A stretch of DNA of 64,000 nucleotides, from NCBI GenBank assembly GCA_977016875.1, contig CDRNST010000143.1, positions 868,001 to 932,000 on the forward strand, given 5' to 3'. How positions within the stretch are numbered: the first letter of the stretch is position 1; each line of letters begins with the position of its first letter. The notes under the pieces are model-generated. The model saw only the letters and a list, made by a program, of their open reading frames with translations. It ran no database searches and had not been told where the DNA came from. This DNA comes from Pavona decussata (taxonomy: Eukaryota). Both the position numbers and the translations under genes were made by a program. Below, piece after piece: positions 52,321 to 64,000 of the stretch.

Positions 52321-55300
52321 GCAGAGTTTAATGAATAAATTAATGTGCAGATTTGTGACTACGACGAAGAACAAAATAACAAGATGCCTATACTGGCATT
52401 TACGCGCGATGCTTCATGTGGCCTCATTGATTTCCATTGTGTGCTTCGCAGATTTATAAAACTATCCCAGCTGATGGAATAGTTTGAGTCACAAAGATAG
52501 CGTTATGTTGTTTCTCTTGTGTTACGCCTCTTATCGTTGTACCGGAAATTCCAAAACTGCGTGATATTTTATCGTTGTGTTACTAGAAAAAATACCGAAA
52601 ATTCCTTTCTAATAACGTCATGCCTATGAGTGACCTTTCCTTCGCGCATTGTGGTTCTAAAACTGTCAAACAAAGCACGATTCTTTTTGCAAGAACTCTC
52701 CAATTTCCACCGTTTTAAATGTCGAGTGCTTCTTAGAAGTTATTCTTTCGATTTACCGCTTCAAAATGGTTAATTTTCCGTTTGAAAACGGCACACTTGA
52801 GTCCACAACATGTTAACAATATGGCCACCACAACTTTAATCCGGGTTTAATGAATTAAGCAAATGATGCTTTCACGTCACACAGGTAAGGGTAAGTGTAT
52901 CTCCTCCCTCGCGATATAAGCGACAAGAATGGATTTTGATTGGCCTCCTTTTGTTGAAGACAATCAGAACAATACATCCCTACTAGGAGAGGGCAGAGTT
53001 TAATGAATAAATTAATGTGCAGATTTGGGACTACGACGAAGAAAAAACACGATGCCTATACTGGCATTTATGCGTGATGCTTAATGTGGCCTCATTGATT
53101 CCCATTGTGTGCTTTGCAGATTAAAAAACTATCTTAGGTGATGGGATAGTTTGAGTCACAAAGATAGCGTTACGTCGTTTCCCCTGAGTTACGCCTCTTA
53201 TCGTTATACCGGAAATTTTATAACCGCGTGATATTTTATCGTTGTGTTACTAGAAATCATACCGGAATTGACTTTCTCGTAACGTCATGCTTCTCAGTGA
53301 CCTTTCCTTCGTGCATTATGGTTCTTGAACTGTCAAAAAAAGTACGATTCCTTCGCCAGGAACTCTCCAATTTTTAAATGTCGAGTGCTTCTTAGAAGTT
53401 ATTCAAAATGGTTACATTTCCGTTTGAAAACGGCACACTTGAGTCCACAACATGTTAACAATATGGCCGACACAAATTTAATCCGAGCTTAATGAATAAA
53501 TCAAATGATGCTTTGACGTCACACAGGTAGGGGTGGGTGGGTCCCCTCCCTCGAGATATAAGCGACAAGAATAGATTTTGATTAGCCTGCTTTTGTTGGA
53601 GACAATCCAAACAATGCATTCCTACTAGGAGAGGGCAGAGTTTAATGAATAAATTAATGTGCAGATTTGTGACTACGACGAAGAAAAAAAAAAAACAGAA
53701 GAAGGTGCCTATACTGGCATTTACGCGTGATGCTGTGTCTGATTCATTTATTCCAGTTGTATGCTTCGCAGATTGATAAAACTATCCTTGCCAATGGAAT
53801 AGTTTGAGTCACGATGATCGCGTTATGTTGTTTCCCTTGTGTTACGCTACTTATGGTTGTACCCAAAATTTTGGAAATTCCATTACGATAACGTAAGCGT
53901 ATCAATGACCTCTTCTCATTCCCATCATGGTTCTAGAACTGTTAAACAAAGCACGATTCTTTCTCCAGGAACTCTCCAATTTCCACCGTTTTAAATTTCG
54001 AGTGCTTCTTAGAAGTTATTCTTTTGATTTACCGCCTCAAAATGGTTGATTTTCCGTTTGAAAACGGCACACTTGAGTCCACAACATGTTAGCAATATGG
54101 CCGCCACAAATTTAATCCGAGTTTAATGAATAAATTAAATGATGCTTTGACGTCACACAGGTAAGGGTGAGTGGGTCCCCTCCCTCGCGATATACGCGAC
54201 AAGAATGGATTTTGACTGGCCTGCTTTTGTTGAAGACAATCAGAACAATACATCCCTACTAGGAGAGGGCAGAGTTTAATGAATAAATTAATGTGCAGAT
54301 TTGAGACTACGACGAAGGAAAAAACGAAATCCACCCATTTTTAGACACGGTATATTCCTCAGGGCATCCCGCGTAAAAAGAAATCTACCCGTTTTTAGAC
54401 ACGGTATGCCCCTCGGGGCATCCCGCGTAAAAATGATACCCGACCCAAACCTAGACACGGCCTGCCCTGCGGGCATCCCGAGTAACAAGATACCCCTAAT
54501 GGAATTAACCCAGAATGCTTAATGTAAAAATCAAATGATGATTTGACGTCACACAGGTAGGGATGAGGAGGTCCCCTCCTTCGCGATATAAGCGCCAAGA
54601 ATGGATTTTCATTGGCCCACTTTTGTTGAAGACAATCAGAACAATACATCCCTACTAGGGAAGGGAAGAGTTTAATGAATAAAATATTGTGTAGATTTGT
54701 GACAACGACGAAGAAAAACAATAATAAACAAGATGCCTATTGGCATGTACGCGTGATGCTTTGACTGGTTCATTTATTCCAACTGTATGCTTCGCAGATT
54801 TATAAAACTGTCCTTGCTAATGGAATAGTTTGAGTCACGAAGATCGCGTTACGCTGTTTCCCTTGTGTCACGCTTCTTACCGGAAATCGCGGAAATTCCA
54901 TAACGAGAACGTAAGCTTCTCAATGACCTCTTTTCAGTCTGCCATCGTGCTTCTAAGACTGTCAAACAAAGCACGATTCCTTAGCCAGAAACTCACCAAT
55001 TTCCACCGTTTTAAATGTCGAGTGCTTCTTAGAAGTTAATCTTTCAATTTACCTTTTCAAAATGGTGAAATTTCCATTTGAAAACGGCACACTTGAGTCC
55101 ACAACATGTTTACAATATGGCACCACAATTTAATGCAGTTTTAATGAAGAAATCAAATGATGCGTTGACGTCACACAGGTATCGGTGAGTGGGTCCCCTC
55201 CCTAGCGATATAAGCGACAAGAATGGATTTTGATTGGCCTGCTTCTGTTAAAGACAATCAGAACAATACATCCCGAGTAGGAGAGGGGAGGGTTTAATAA

Positions 55301-55466
55301 ATAAATTGATGTACAGGTTTGTGGGTACGAGGAGGGAAAAAAAAAAAGAAATCGACCCGTTTTTAGACACGGTATGCCCCTTCAGGGCATCCCGCGTAAA
55401 AATAAAAGAAAAAAGAAACGGAGCTCATTTTTAGACACGGTATGCCCCTTAAGGTTTCCCGCGTAA
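52321..55466. repeat. ~620-670-bp tandem satellite with hairpin-motif blocks
   Basis: Marker gagtttaatgaataaattaatgtgcagattt recurs at ~52321, 52993, 53635, 54269, 54665 and 55287. Confidence 0.9.
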
Positions 55467-55484
55467 TAAAGCAAAGAGGTTTCT

Positions 55485-56035
55485 TGGAGTAAACCTGATC
55501 GCTGAACTAGTGGTCGACCTTTGAGAGTTTACATTACAGTTATGTGTTGGTCTGCACGCTATTGAATGCTTTATGTGAGAAGCTAGATCAAATGACGTTT
55601 CGTTTGCATATTACACTTACAAGAAGAAGGAGACGGCTTATGATCTAGGTAGCTTGCGAGAGTAAGGAGGGCGCAACAGTTCTATAGATGTTACAAGAAA
55701 GTAAGTACTCATCATATAAGTTTGACAACATATTCTATTTGTATAGTAGGCTACGGCCCCTAGCCTTAAAAATATGGACAAACGGTATTTGTACCAGCAC
55801 ACTGGCGACGATAGCGATGTCACCGTATTTCATGGCATGATATGGAGCAGGGGCTTAAAAATACTCTTCGGCAGAGAGGTGTTCCACAAACGTGAGCTAT
55901 AATCTAATGGAACTTAAATACAAATCTTTGCAAACTGAAGATATATGGCCAAACATTTTGCTGATCAAACTTGAGACCTCAAGATAGGCGAGGGAACATA
56001 ATCAACCGGATTAGACTCGGGATAAGACTTTTCCA
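55485..56035 (+). repeat. Dispersed ~550-bp segment; second, insertion-split copy at 58150-58520 / 58849-58962 / 62036-62138, partial third copy at ~57190-57300
   Basis: Shared blocks such as aaacctgatc.ctgaa, ggtctgcacgctatt, tagcttgcgaga, caaactgaag.tatatggccaaa. Confidence 0.75.
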
Positions 56036-58291
56036 TAAATTTCTTGCAGTCATTTCACTGTGTTTCAACCAGACCCACACTTTTCAAATTCGATCAGTAA
56101 AGATGGTATAATTGTTTCAAAGTTCTAACACGATCCCAAAAGCTGTTGTACAAATAAACATTATGCTATGATGGTATGTAATTGTATGGCATGGTGCAAT
56201 TGTGTATTCCTCAAACACCCCCGCGGCCTCGAAGTGGTCGATCCCTGAAATTACAAAACGTAACACACAATTAAAAAGAGTGTCTGGAATCAATGAGGTC
56301 TTGAAAACCGTGGCTCTCTTTGCTTGAGTAACAACCTTTATGCAAAGGAAAAGGTAATGTTTTCAAAGGTACAAAACAGGATACAAAGAAAGAACTCGTT
56401 ACTTAGAGTAACGGAATAGCGCTCCTTATCCGAAACGCAAGACTGTGAGGGCTTCTCAAGGAAAAAGCAAAAATTTAACAAGTGAGATTGTCGTAAATTG
56501 TTTCACCGTCAAGAAAAATCGCTGAAAGATTGCTGGTGGGTCTAGAATTTCCTTCTTAACAACAACCCCTTTCATAACTGTATGTTTTTATAAGGGGACG
56601 GGGGGCGGGGAGCGGCTGGGCATTTTTTTCTTTTTTCTCTAATTTTAACGGATTAAAGCTGTTATAAAATATTCCAATAATTTGAAAGATATTCCTTTAC
56701 TTTCTGCCGAAACGCTTGATCTTTTATCTTACTTAACCTTTGCCAATTACTAAAAATATCATTTACCCTCCCTAATAAATTAAACACACTCTCACATTCT
56801 GGTGGTATCTCAGGTTGTTCAATTGGTAAAACGAAAAAAATGGTGTTGGTGTAGATTATAAAATTTCTTTGGTGCGTTTGGAATTCCCTGCTCAGTTTCG
56901 CGCGCGGTTGAATTGATCGATCAAGTAAACTTCATTTTGTTTAATTTCTCAGCTTGCAGATTCTCCTTTTTCCAATAAAGAGAAGTTACGTTCATATAGG
57001 GAATGATTCGAAATATTGTTCGTTTATTGACGGTAATGGCTCTAAACAAATACGTATGATCTTTAAAGCGCGCATTTCTCCAGTACACCAAGACAAATAT
57101 TTCGTTATCCAGGACCCAATAGCTCAGTACATGAGCACCAATCACAATGTTTAGTTAAAGCAGATTAACTTCTGTTAAACATAGCACAGAGGACTCTTGG
57201 AATATCTGAAGCCGTCAAGTAGTTGACCTCAGAGAACTGGTTCTGTGTTCTTCTGCACGCGATCCGTCAAATGAGAGGATCAGATAGTGCTTCACTTTCA
57301 TTTTGTATACTTTCGTTTTTCTTTTCTTTGAGTAGTAAACAGAGGCAACTTACGAGAATAAGGAAAGCGAACCAGTTCGTCTGCTTTTAATAGAAAGTGA
57401 ATAAAATAGATTACTCGAAGTGATCAACAATTGGAATTACAAAACGCTGCATAAAATTAAAAGAAATGGTTGCAGAAAAGAGCTTTTGATGACCTCTGCG
57501 CTTTATGTAAAGGAAAATAAGGAGAGAGGATGCAAAGCAATAACCCGTCCAGAGGTATTTATCTCTTGTCCATAACCGACATATGGTACCTTTCAAGAAC
57601 TTTAAACTTAGCCTTAAAAAAAACGCAGGCGACAAAGGCTCATTCTATGATGCAATACTCCCAGGGCGCATTTGTCACGATTTAATCTTTTGCTGGTGGC
57701 ATGATCATTAGTGAGAGGCGTTGATTTATATGTTTTACTGTCACGTGCAGTAGATCTAGTAATAAGGAAAATCAAAGAGAATTTGAATTTGAATTTCCTA
57801 CAGTGTCTCCTTTAAAGCTATATTTTCAATCTCTAAAGGACACTTTGCTAGCAGGGAACTCTTTCAATTCATTGAAAACGTTGCAAGTTAACCGACCTTT
57901 CAACGTTTGGAAGTATTGTTTATTGATTGGCGGTAAAATCTATAAATATACTCCACTATCCGCTATTTACTTATTGGGTTCCCCCTTATATTCCCAATGC
58001 GAATAGATCGTAAACGTCAAGGAACCAGCGTGTATTTCACATGGCTTGTAAATCATGATCTCATAGCTCAGTATTACAGAACTTTCACAATGTACGACGA
58101 TTTGTTTAACATAACCCAAACTCCTGTTTAACAAAGTAAAGATGATTCTTGGAAAAACCTGATCACTGAAACCATCAAGTAGTTGACCTTAGAGTGTGTT
58201 AACGTAAGAGTAGGGTTTTGGTCTGCACGCTATTCAATGTGTCATATGAGAAGATCAGATAACGCTTCGCTTGCACACATATTACACTTAC

Positions 58292-58338
58292 AAGAAGAAG
58301 AAGAAGAAGAAGAAGAAGAAGAAGAAGAAGAAGAAGAA
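58292..58338 (+). repeat. (GAA)n microsatellite
   Basis: Direct observation. Expanded relative to the homologous aagaagaag at 55621. Confidence 0.95.
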
Positions 58339-58519
58339 AAAGACGAGTAAGACGGGTAGAGATCTAGCTAGCTTGCGAGAATAAGGAGCACGCAACAGTT
58401 CGACAGTTGTTACGAGTAAGTAAGTGCATCATTTACGATTTACACCATATTCTATTTGTGTAGTAGGCTACAGCCCAGGGGCTACGGCTAGCTTTGAAAA
58501 TATGGACCAACGGTATTTG

Positions 58520-58848
58520 TGTGTATTATTTATGGAATAATCTCCCTGATGAGGCTAAAGATGCTAAATCCTACATTTCATTTAAGCGGAAAGTGAAGCA
58601 GATCTATTGCTCAGACATCAGCACATAAAATTTAAATTACCGACATCGCCATCACAATCTTTTACTACTATAATCTTACTATAATCTTAATATTAATTAG
58701 GTACGTATATATATTTGACAGTTAGGGGATCCCCTAAAGAAAAGTTTGCAAAAACTTGCTGGGATCTCCTGCCAACCATATATATGTATAATGTAGAAAA
58801 CCTATTGATTGTATATAGAATGGGGCGAATAAAACTGAAAATAAAAAT
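58520..58848 (+). mobile_element. 5'-truncated 3' end of a CR1/L2-type LINE
   Basis: Encodes LWNNLPDEAKDAKSYISFKRKVK (typical ORF2 C-terminus), then a 3'UTR hairpin and an AATAAA-rich tail. It interrupts the duplicated segment. Confidence 0.65.
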
Positions 58849-59643
58849 GACAAGTGGCGACGATGGCGATGGCATGATACGGAGCAAAGGCTTAAAATAC
58901 TCTTTGGCAGTCAGATAGAACTTGTTCTACAAATGAAAGCTATAATCGAATAGAACTTAAAACTATTACGATCCTCTGAAATTGTTCGTCTCGCATTTGA
59001 TCTCCTGCGTGGTTAAACGTCTTAAACACGTCTGACATTCGTTCGGCCCTCACGCACGAGTCGCTCGCTGTACAAACTCTTGATATCAAACGACGACTGA
59101 GCTGAAAAAACCGAACACTGTGTGGCAGATAACCACAATAAGTCTCAAACATGTCACACGAGAACCAGAACTTGACACATCTGGTAGAATGGAGGAACGA
59201 AACTGTTCGTGGAAAGGGGAAGAGGAAATGTCTCGACTGAATACACTGCTGGTTAGACATGGTCCGAAAAGCATAATGGTAGCAGTAATTGGCCAATCAC
59301 ATCACCGTATTCTTGCACCAGGGTTTTTAGGAGGGATCTTCACGCGAATCGGTTCCTTCGTCTTTGAAGACGGCTTTTCTTCCAAATGAAAGGATTCAAC
59401 AAGTGACGAGGTATGTAGGTGACCAGTGATTGTATTTTCTCATAATTTCCTTGGTTATTGTCGTCAATATTCGACTTCCTCGCAAGCTGTCCAATATGGC
59501 GGATTTTCTCCACGTGCAATGATTAATGAACGCGTTTGCTTTTTGACGCTATATCTTCAGGGTTCCAAGAAAAGAATTACACCATTTGTTTTATGGAGAG
59601 TAACTGTTGGATTTTAAGGCATCGCACCCCATCGCACCCGGTA

Positions 59644-61338
59644 TGGCGGGCCATCGCGTTCAAAAGCAGCTATCATGATATCTCTATGATATCTCGAGAT
59701 ATCTCTCATTATCATGATATCTTGATATCTTTACAAAACGATTTCTTCGTTTCGTAACTTCCTGAGAGATATCATGATAATATGATATCTCAAGATATCA
59801 TTACAGCATGATATCCGGAGAGATATCATGACGTAACGATATTTTGCCAAATAAGATCCTGGTCTGTCATCGTATTTTGTAATTGGAGGTCTGTAGCACT
59901 GTCTACCCTTCATGTGAACGTACTCTCTGACTTATTTTCCTCCATCCTGGCTCAGCAGAATACTATCGGTATCCCTTATTTAATCTAAAAGAATATATAG
60001 TCTAGAGTATTGACAAGGCTTAATGGAATAGTCGCATTGCTATAAGTTGTTATCCTGTTGCAGAGATAAGTGTCAGCTTATTCCGGGGAATCCAGAAAGA
60101 AAGGAAAGAGTAACTGAAACACTGTGGAACAATTGTAGAGCAAAACTGACACTTCCAATGAATTAAATTTGCATGCTCTAAACTAACCGAGATAAGGGAA
60201 TTATTATATTCACGAATTACGGCATTATCTTGTTCGGTATATAGGCACACTTTTTCGGCCGTTTTCTAGTTCGGTGAAATTAATTATCCACTATTTACCG
60301 ATCGAAACTCGGCCGGCCGGCTGTATTCCTAGATAGGGTGGCTTAAAACGTGTGCAGATTACAGTGGCGAAATCTGAAAACAGGTATGGATTTTTTGCGT
60401 GAACGGACAATTGTGATATTATGGCCCGGGGGAGGGGGGGGGGGGGGGAGAGGTACTGGAGTAACTAGGGAATACCCCGCCACTCCAAAAGTGACCCTGA
60501 AACGAGTGGATACGCGGCTACGCAGAAACAGTGGTAAATACCACCCCCTCTCCCTCATGTAGCTTCGTGGCTACGCAGCTACGCGGCTACGCGGCTACGC
60601 GGCTACGCAGCTACGTGGCTACGTGGCTACGCGGCTACGTGGCTACGTGGCTACGCAGCTACGTGGCTACGTGCCTACGCATTCTCATACTTTTTCGAGA
60701 GAGCACAATGCAGTTATAATATATTCGCGGTGTTCCTGCGGGTGTTCCTGTCTACTATGGAAGCGCATGAAAGTGACAATAGTCTTGAACAGAAACGATA
60801 ATTTTACTGCATTGATTAGTCTCATCTAGTTAATTACAGATAATTTAAGATTCATCGTAACCTGTCTGAATTTTGGCCGTTGCGGTTGCACTTGAGAGTC
60901 TGCAACTGCAACTCGCAACTAATAGCAATGCGACTATTCCAGTGAGCCTTTTCAGTACTCTAGACTATATATTCTTTTAGATTAAATAAGGGATACCGAT
61001 AGTATTCTGCTGAGCCAGGATGGAGGAAAGTAAGTCAGAGAGTACGTTCACATGAAGGGTAGACAGTGCTACAGACCTCCACTTACAAAATGCGATGACA
61101 GACCAGGTTCTTATTTGGCAAAATATCTTTACGTCATGATATCTCTCCGGAAATGATATCTCTCCGGATAGCATGCTGTAATGATATCTTGAGATATCAT
61201 ATTATCATGATATCTCTCAGGAAGTTACGAAACGAAGAAATCGTTTTGTAAAGATATCAAGATATCATGATAATGAGAGATATCTCGAGATATCATAGAG
61301 ATATCATGATAGCTGCTTTTGAACGCGATGGCCCGCCA
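59644..61338. mobile_element. Foldback-type non-autonomous DNA transposon, ~410-bp TIRs, TA-flanked
   Basis: 59642-60049 is the near-perfect reverse complement of 60917-61340. Termini TGGCGGGCCATCGCG / CGCGATGGCCCGCCA are flanked by TA. Confidence 0.9.
60565..60680 (+). repeat. 8-bp minisatellite (GCTACGYR)n inside the foldback spacer
   Basis: Direct observation of gctacgtg / gctacgcg / gctacgca units. Confidence 0.9.
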
Positions 61339-62518
61339 TAACTCACCGTTTATCCATGAACTCTGAATATTACAATGCCAGATTTTCGAGCGCGTGATGG
61401 TACATTATAATTCAAAAGGGTACGATTTCATAGAAGGACGACAGAATTGGTTTTGCAACTGTATGGAAGTGGTAATTAAATGGAGCAGTTTCAGCTGTAC
61501 CGGCTTTCGATCGATCGATCGCTAGGATCGCCGTGTAAAACCAACATTTTGAGCATTAAATTAGTCAGTCGATGTGCACTAACGGTAACCGGAGACAGCG
61601 TTTCGAATAAATTGCCGAATTAACCGACTTTCTGCCTTTTTGAAGTGAAGATTTGTCATTCCTTGAAATCCGCAGAGCACGAAGGTTTGTTTCAACTGAG
61701 TTTGAACCGACAACTTGCCCCAGCATGCTTTGCGGACCGTGTCCAACCACCACTGGACTGAATGCTTGTTATATTTAAGTTATGCACCTTCTAGTTTCCT
61801 TTCCAACAATGGAAATCGCATTTCTCTATACAGTATACTTCAAATAACTTGAGACTTCTCACCAAACTTGTTTTCTTTTTTTTTTCTCTAATTTTAAATT
61901 TACAACTGACTGTTTGCGGCAATGAGGCCTTTATTTGACGTGAATTGGTCGCCATTTTGAATTACGGCAAATGTTGGGTGTTTTACAGTTTCTGGAAGGG
62001 AACACGATGACAGGTCCATATATCCTTTGAAATATCGAATCTTTTCAAACTGAAGGTATATGGCCAAAGATTTTGCTAATCAAACTTGAGGCTTCTGATG
62101 GGCTTGGAGACATAATAACCGGCTTTGACATTTCCATATGGGACGGCGGGCAACTTTCGAAAAACTCTGGAGGTGTCGTGAGCCGGTGAAAACGACTTAA
62201 ATAGGACTACTTTACGGGCTTGACGAAATAAAGCATCCTGATGTGGAATAGGACAACTTGATCTATTCCCTTGACACCAATCACAATAATCGTTGCTTAG
62301 CAGTAAACTGAAATTTGATTAAAAAATAAAGGTTCAACTACTAAAGAAACAGCTCTTCTTGCGAGCATTACGGCTCCGCGTGGTAGTTTAGTATAAGTTA
62401 AAGGGGAAGTATCACGAAAATTTGATGTCATTTTAAAACCCAAAAATGTTTGTCTGACAACAGAAACAAAAAATAAATGTCTAGTTTTGCTATAAATTAT
62501 CACCCCCGTGCAATAAAA

Positions 62519-63821
62519 CTAACCTCTTACTAACCGAGCGCGAGGGCCGTACTGGGGAATATTGGCCCGAGGTCGTGGCAGTACGGCTCGAGCAAGCTAG
62601 GTTAGTAAGTAGTTTATTATATGGCACTCGGAGCAAACTTGTTTATTTTAAAAAAGGCACTTCCGGTCACTTGAATTCAAAGGGTTTCCGTCGTGACATG
62701 TTTTTGATGACGCGAGCAACCCAAAAAGAAGAAGCTACGGTACCACGAGGATAACATGAAAACAAATTTACTGAACGTTTACATGTTTATAGAAAAGACT
62801 TCAAGAACGATTTGTAGCGGAATTTGACGAAATTCTTAACAGCTGCGGTTTGTTTTTGAAACTCACAAAAGGGTTTCTTCGACCCCAGAAAATTTACTAG
62901 CGCATCACAAAGTACGGATCAAGAAAAGGTTGCTTTGAAAATCATTTTCGACTTTAAAAGAAGCAGCATTAATTAAGTCAATTGTCCTCTTCGCTCTCAT
63001 CTCTGGCTCGGAAACCCAAGTGTAGGGATAAAAACCACCACACAGTTCTTTGGAGTGCAACTGGATTGGAGTCGCAGAATTCTCCTGCCTCAAAAAGAGC
63101 ATCTTCTTCGTTTTCGTCAATCGCCCGAGCGGCTTGCAGCTTGTTTCTTCTGTCGTGCTCGCGAACTAGTGGCTTGAGCTTCGCAGCTAGAACTCTTCTC
63201 GATTTTTAAACTCATTGTCCTTGAGTATGTTGAATGGATATTTCTTCTCAGAGAAGTATCGCTGTATATATTGCGCTGAAAACTGGAAAATGTTGCTGGC
63301 TCGTATTCACCATTTTTCCTGCGTACGTTCATAAAAAAAAAAAAAAAAGAAATTGACAAAAGGTGATCAAGCTCGGACGAAGGTAGGCTTTCAATTGTTG
63401 ACTATTCAAGCCATTAGCTTCAATAAAACGGAGTAGAGTGTTCATATCAGAAGACTTCTTCCTTTTGTGTTTTCACTTTTCTGTTTGTTTATAAAATCCT
63501 CGATGGCTTCCACGGCTTTCGCAGATGCCTGCTTCAGAGGTTTCTAGATCTTCGGGATAGTAAAATTTGCTTTGTAAATGATATTCTTCTTCGTCTATGT
63601 TGGAATCAGTCTTTTGGGTAGTTTCTTTGCGAAGAATGAAAGTATTTTCAGGTTTTCTTTTCGCAGTTTTAGCTGCAAATTTTCAAATTTGCCGCTTGTC
63701 ATAAAAATACACGACTGATGACCATTTCCATGGAAACGGTCCCTATAGTAAAATCCCGACCAAGAAAGAGCCAATCAGAACGCGCGGATTTACCTCTCAA
63801 GACTACCTTGCCATATAATAA
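62519..63821 (-). mobile_element. Degenerate Crypton (tyrosine-recombinase transposon, DUF3504/ZMYM-KCTD1-related), internally deleted
   Basis: Frameshifted minus-strand translation: VRRKNGEYEPATFSSFQR..QRYFSEKKYPFNILKDNEF..SRRVLAAKLK...EEDALFEAGEFCDSNPVALQRTVWWFLSLHLGFRARDE. Hairpin end ttactaacc / ggttagtaa, and ttattatatggca (62615) inverted with tgccatataataa (63809). Confidence 0.8.
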
Positions 63822-64000
63822 TGTCGATTAGTGCCCCTGGCCAGAGACAGAGTCGGTCGGAATGGATTGAAACTTGAAAAAATGTTAGGCTAATGTTTTT
63901 CAAGTTTTCGTATTTTTGTTTCCAAAATGCGTTAGAACAGAGTACGAGTTGTTCCTGTCAAGAATTAAGTTGATTATTTTGTAGCAAAGTGAAGGTCTTA

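Noticed and set aside
58545-58575. Hammerhead core CTGATGAG
   Set aside because: There is no properly placed GAAA or flanking stems. The sequence is LINE ORF2 coding (LPDEAK).

Overview
Eukaryotic, intron-containing, AT-rich and repeat-dense animal DNA. The repeat landscape (tRNA-derived SINE, Penelope-type hammerhead hairpins, Crypton, Harbinger/Tc1/hAT-type MITEs, CR1 LINE) suggests a cnidarian, probably a stony coral; this is inference. Main content: (1) A head-to-tail tandem duplication (~10144-22560 and ~22561-34412). Each copy carries an intact 4-exon secreted matrix metalloproteinase (511 and 512 aa) resembling MMP21, with a furin site, [12 protein letters not shown] and a hemopexin domain fused without a hinge. 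Its propeptide contains no cysteine at all, so there is no PRCGxPD cysteine switch. The two paralogs differ in the S1' wall segment, and both have an AG|GTAAGT recursive-splice-like motif at the last exon. (2) A 3-exon minus-strand gene for a secreted C-type lectin (EPD/WND) plus PAN/apple protein. (3) A CR1-like LINE that is 5'-complete but 3'-truncated, preceded by an 86-bp monomer array. (4) A ~640-bp satellite terminated by hairpins, a 1.7-kb foldback element flanked by inward-facing THAP-like remnants, and a degenerate Crypton. There is one 168-N assembly gap. No prokaryotic features or CRISPR arrays were seen. All gene models were built by hand from GT-AG sites and reading phase, with no database search.
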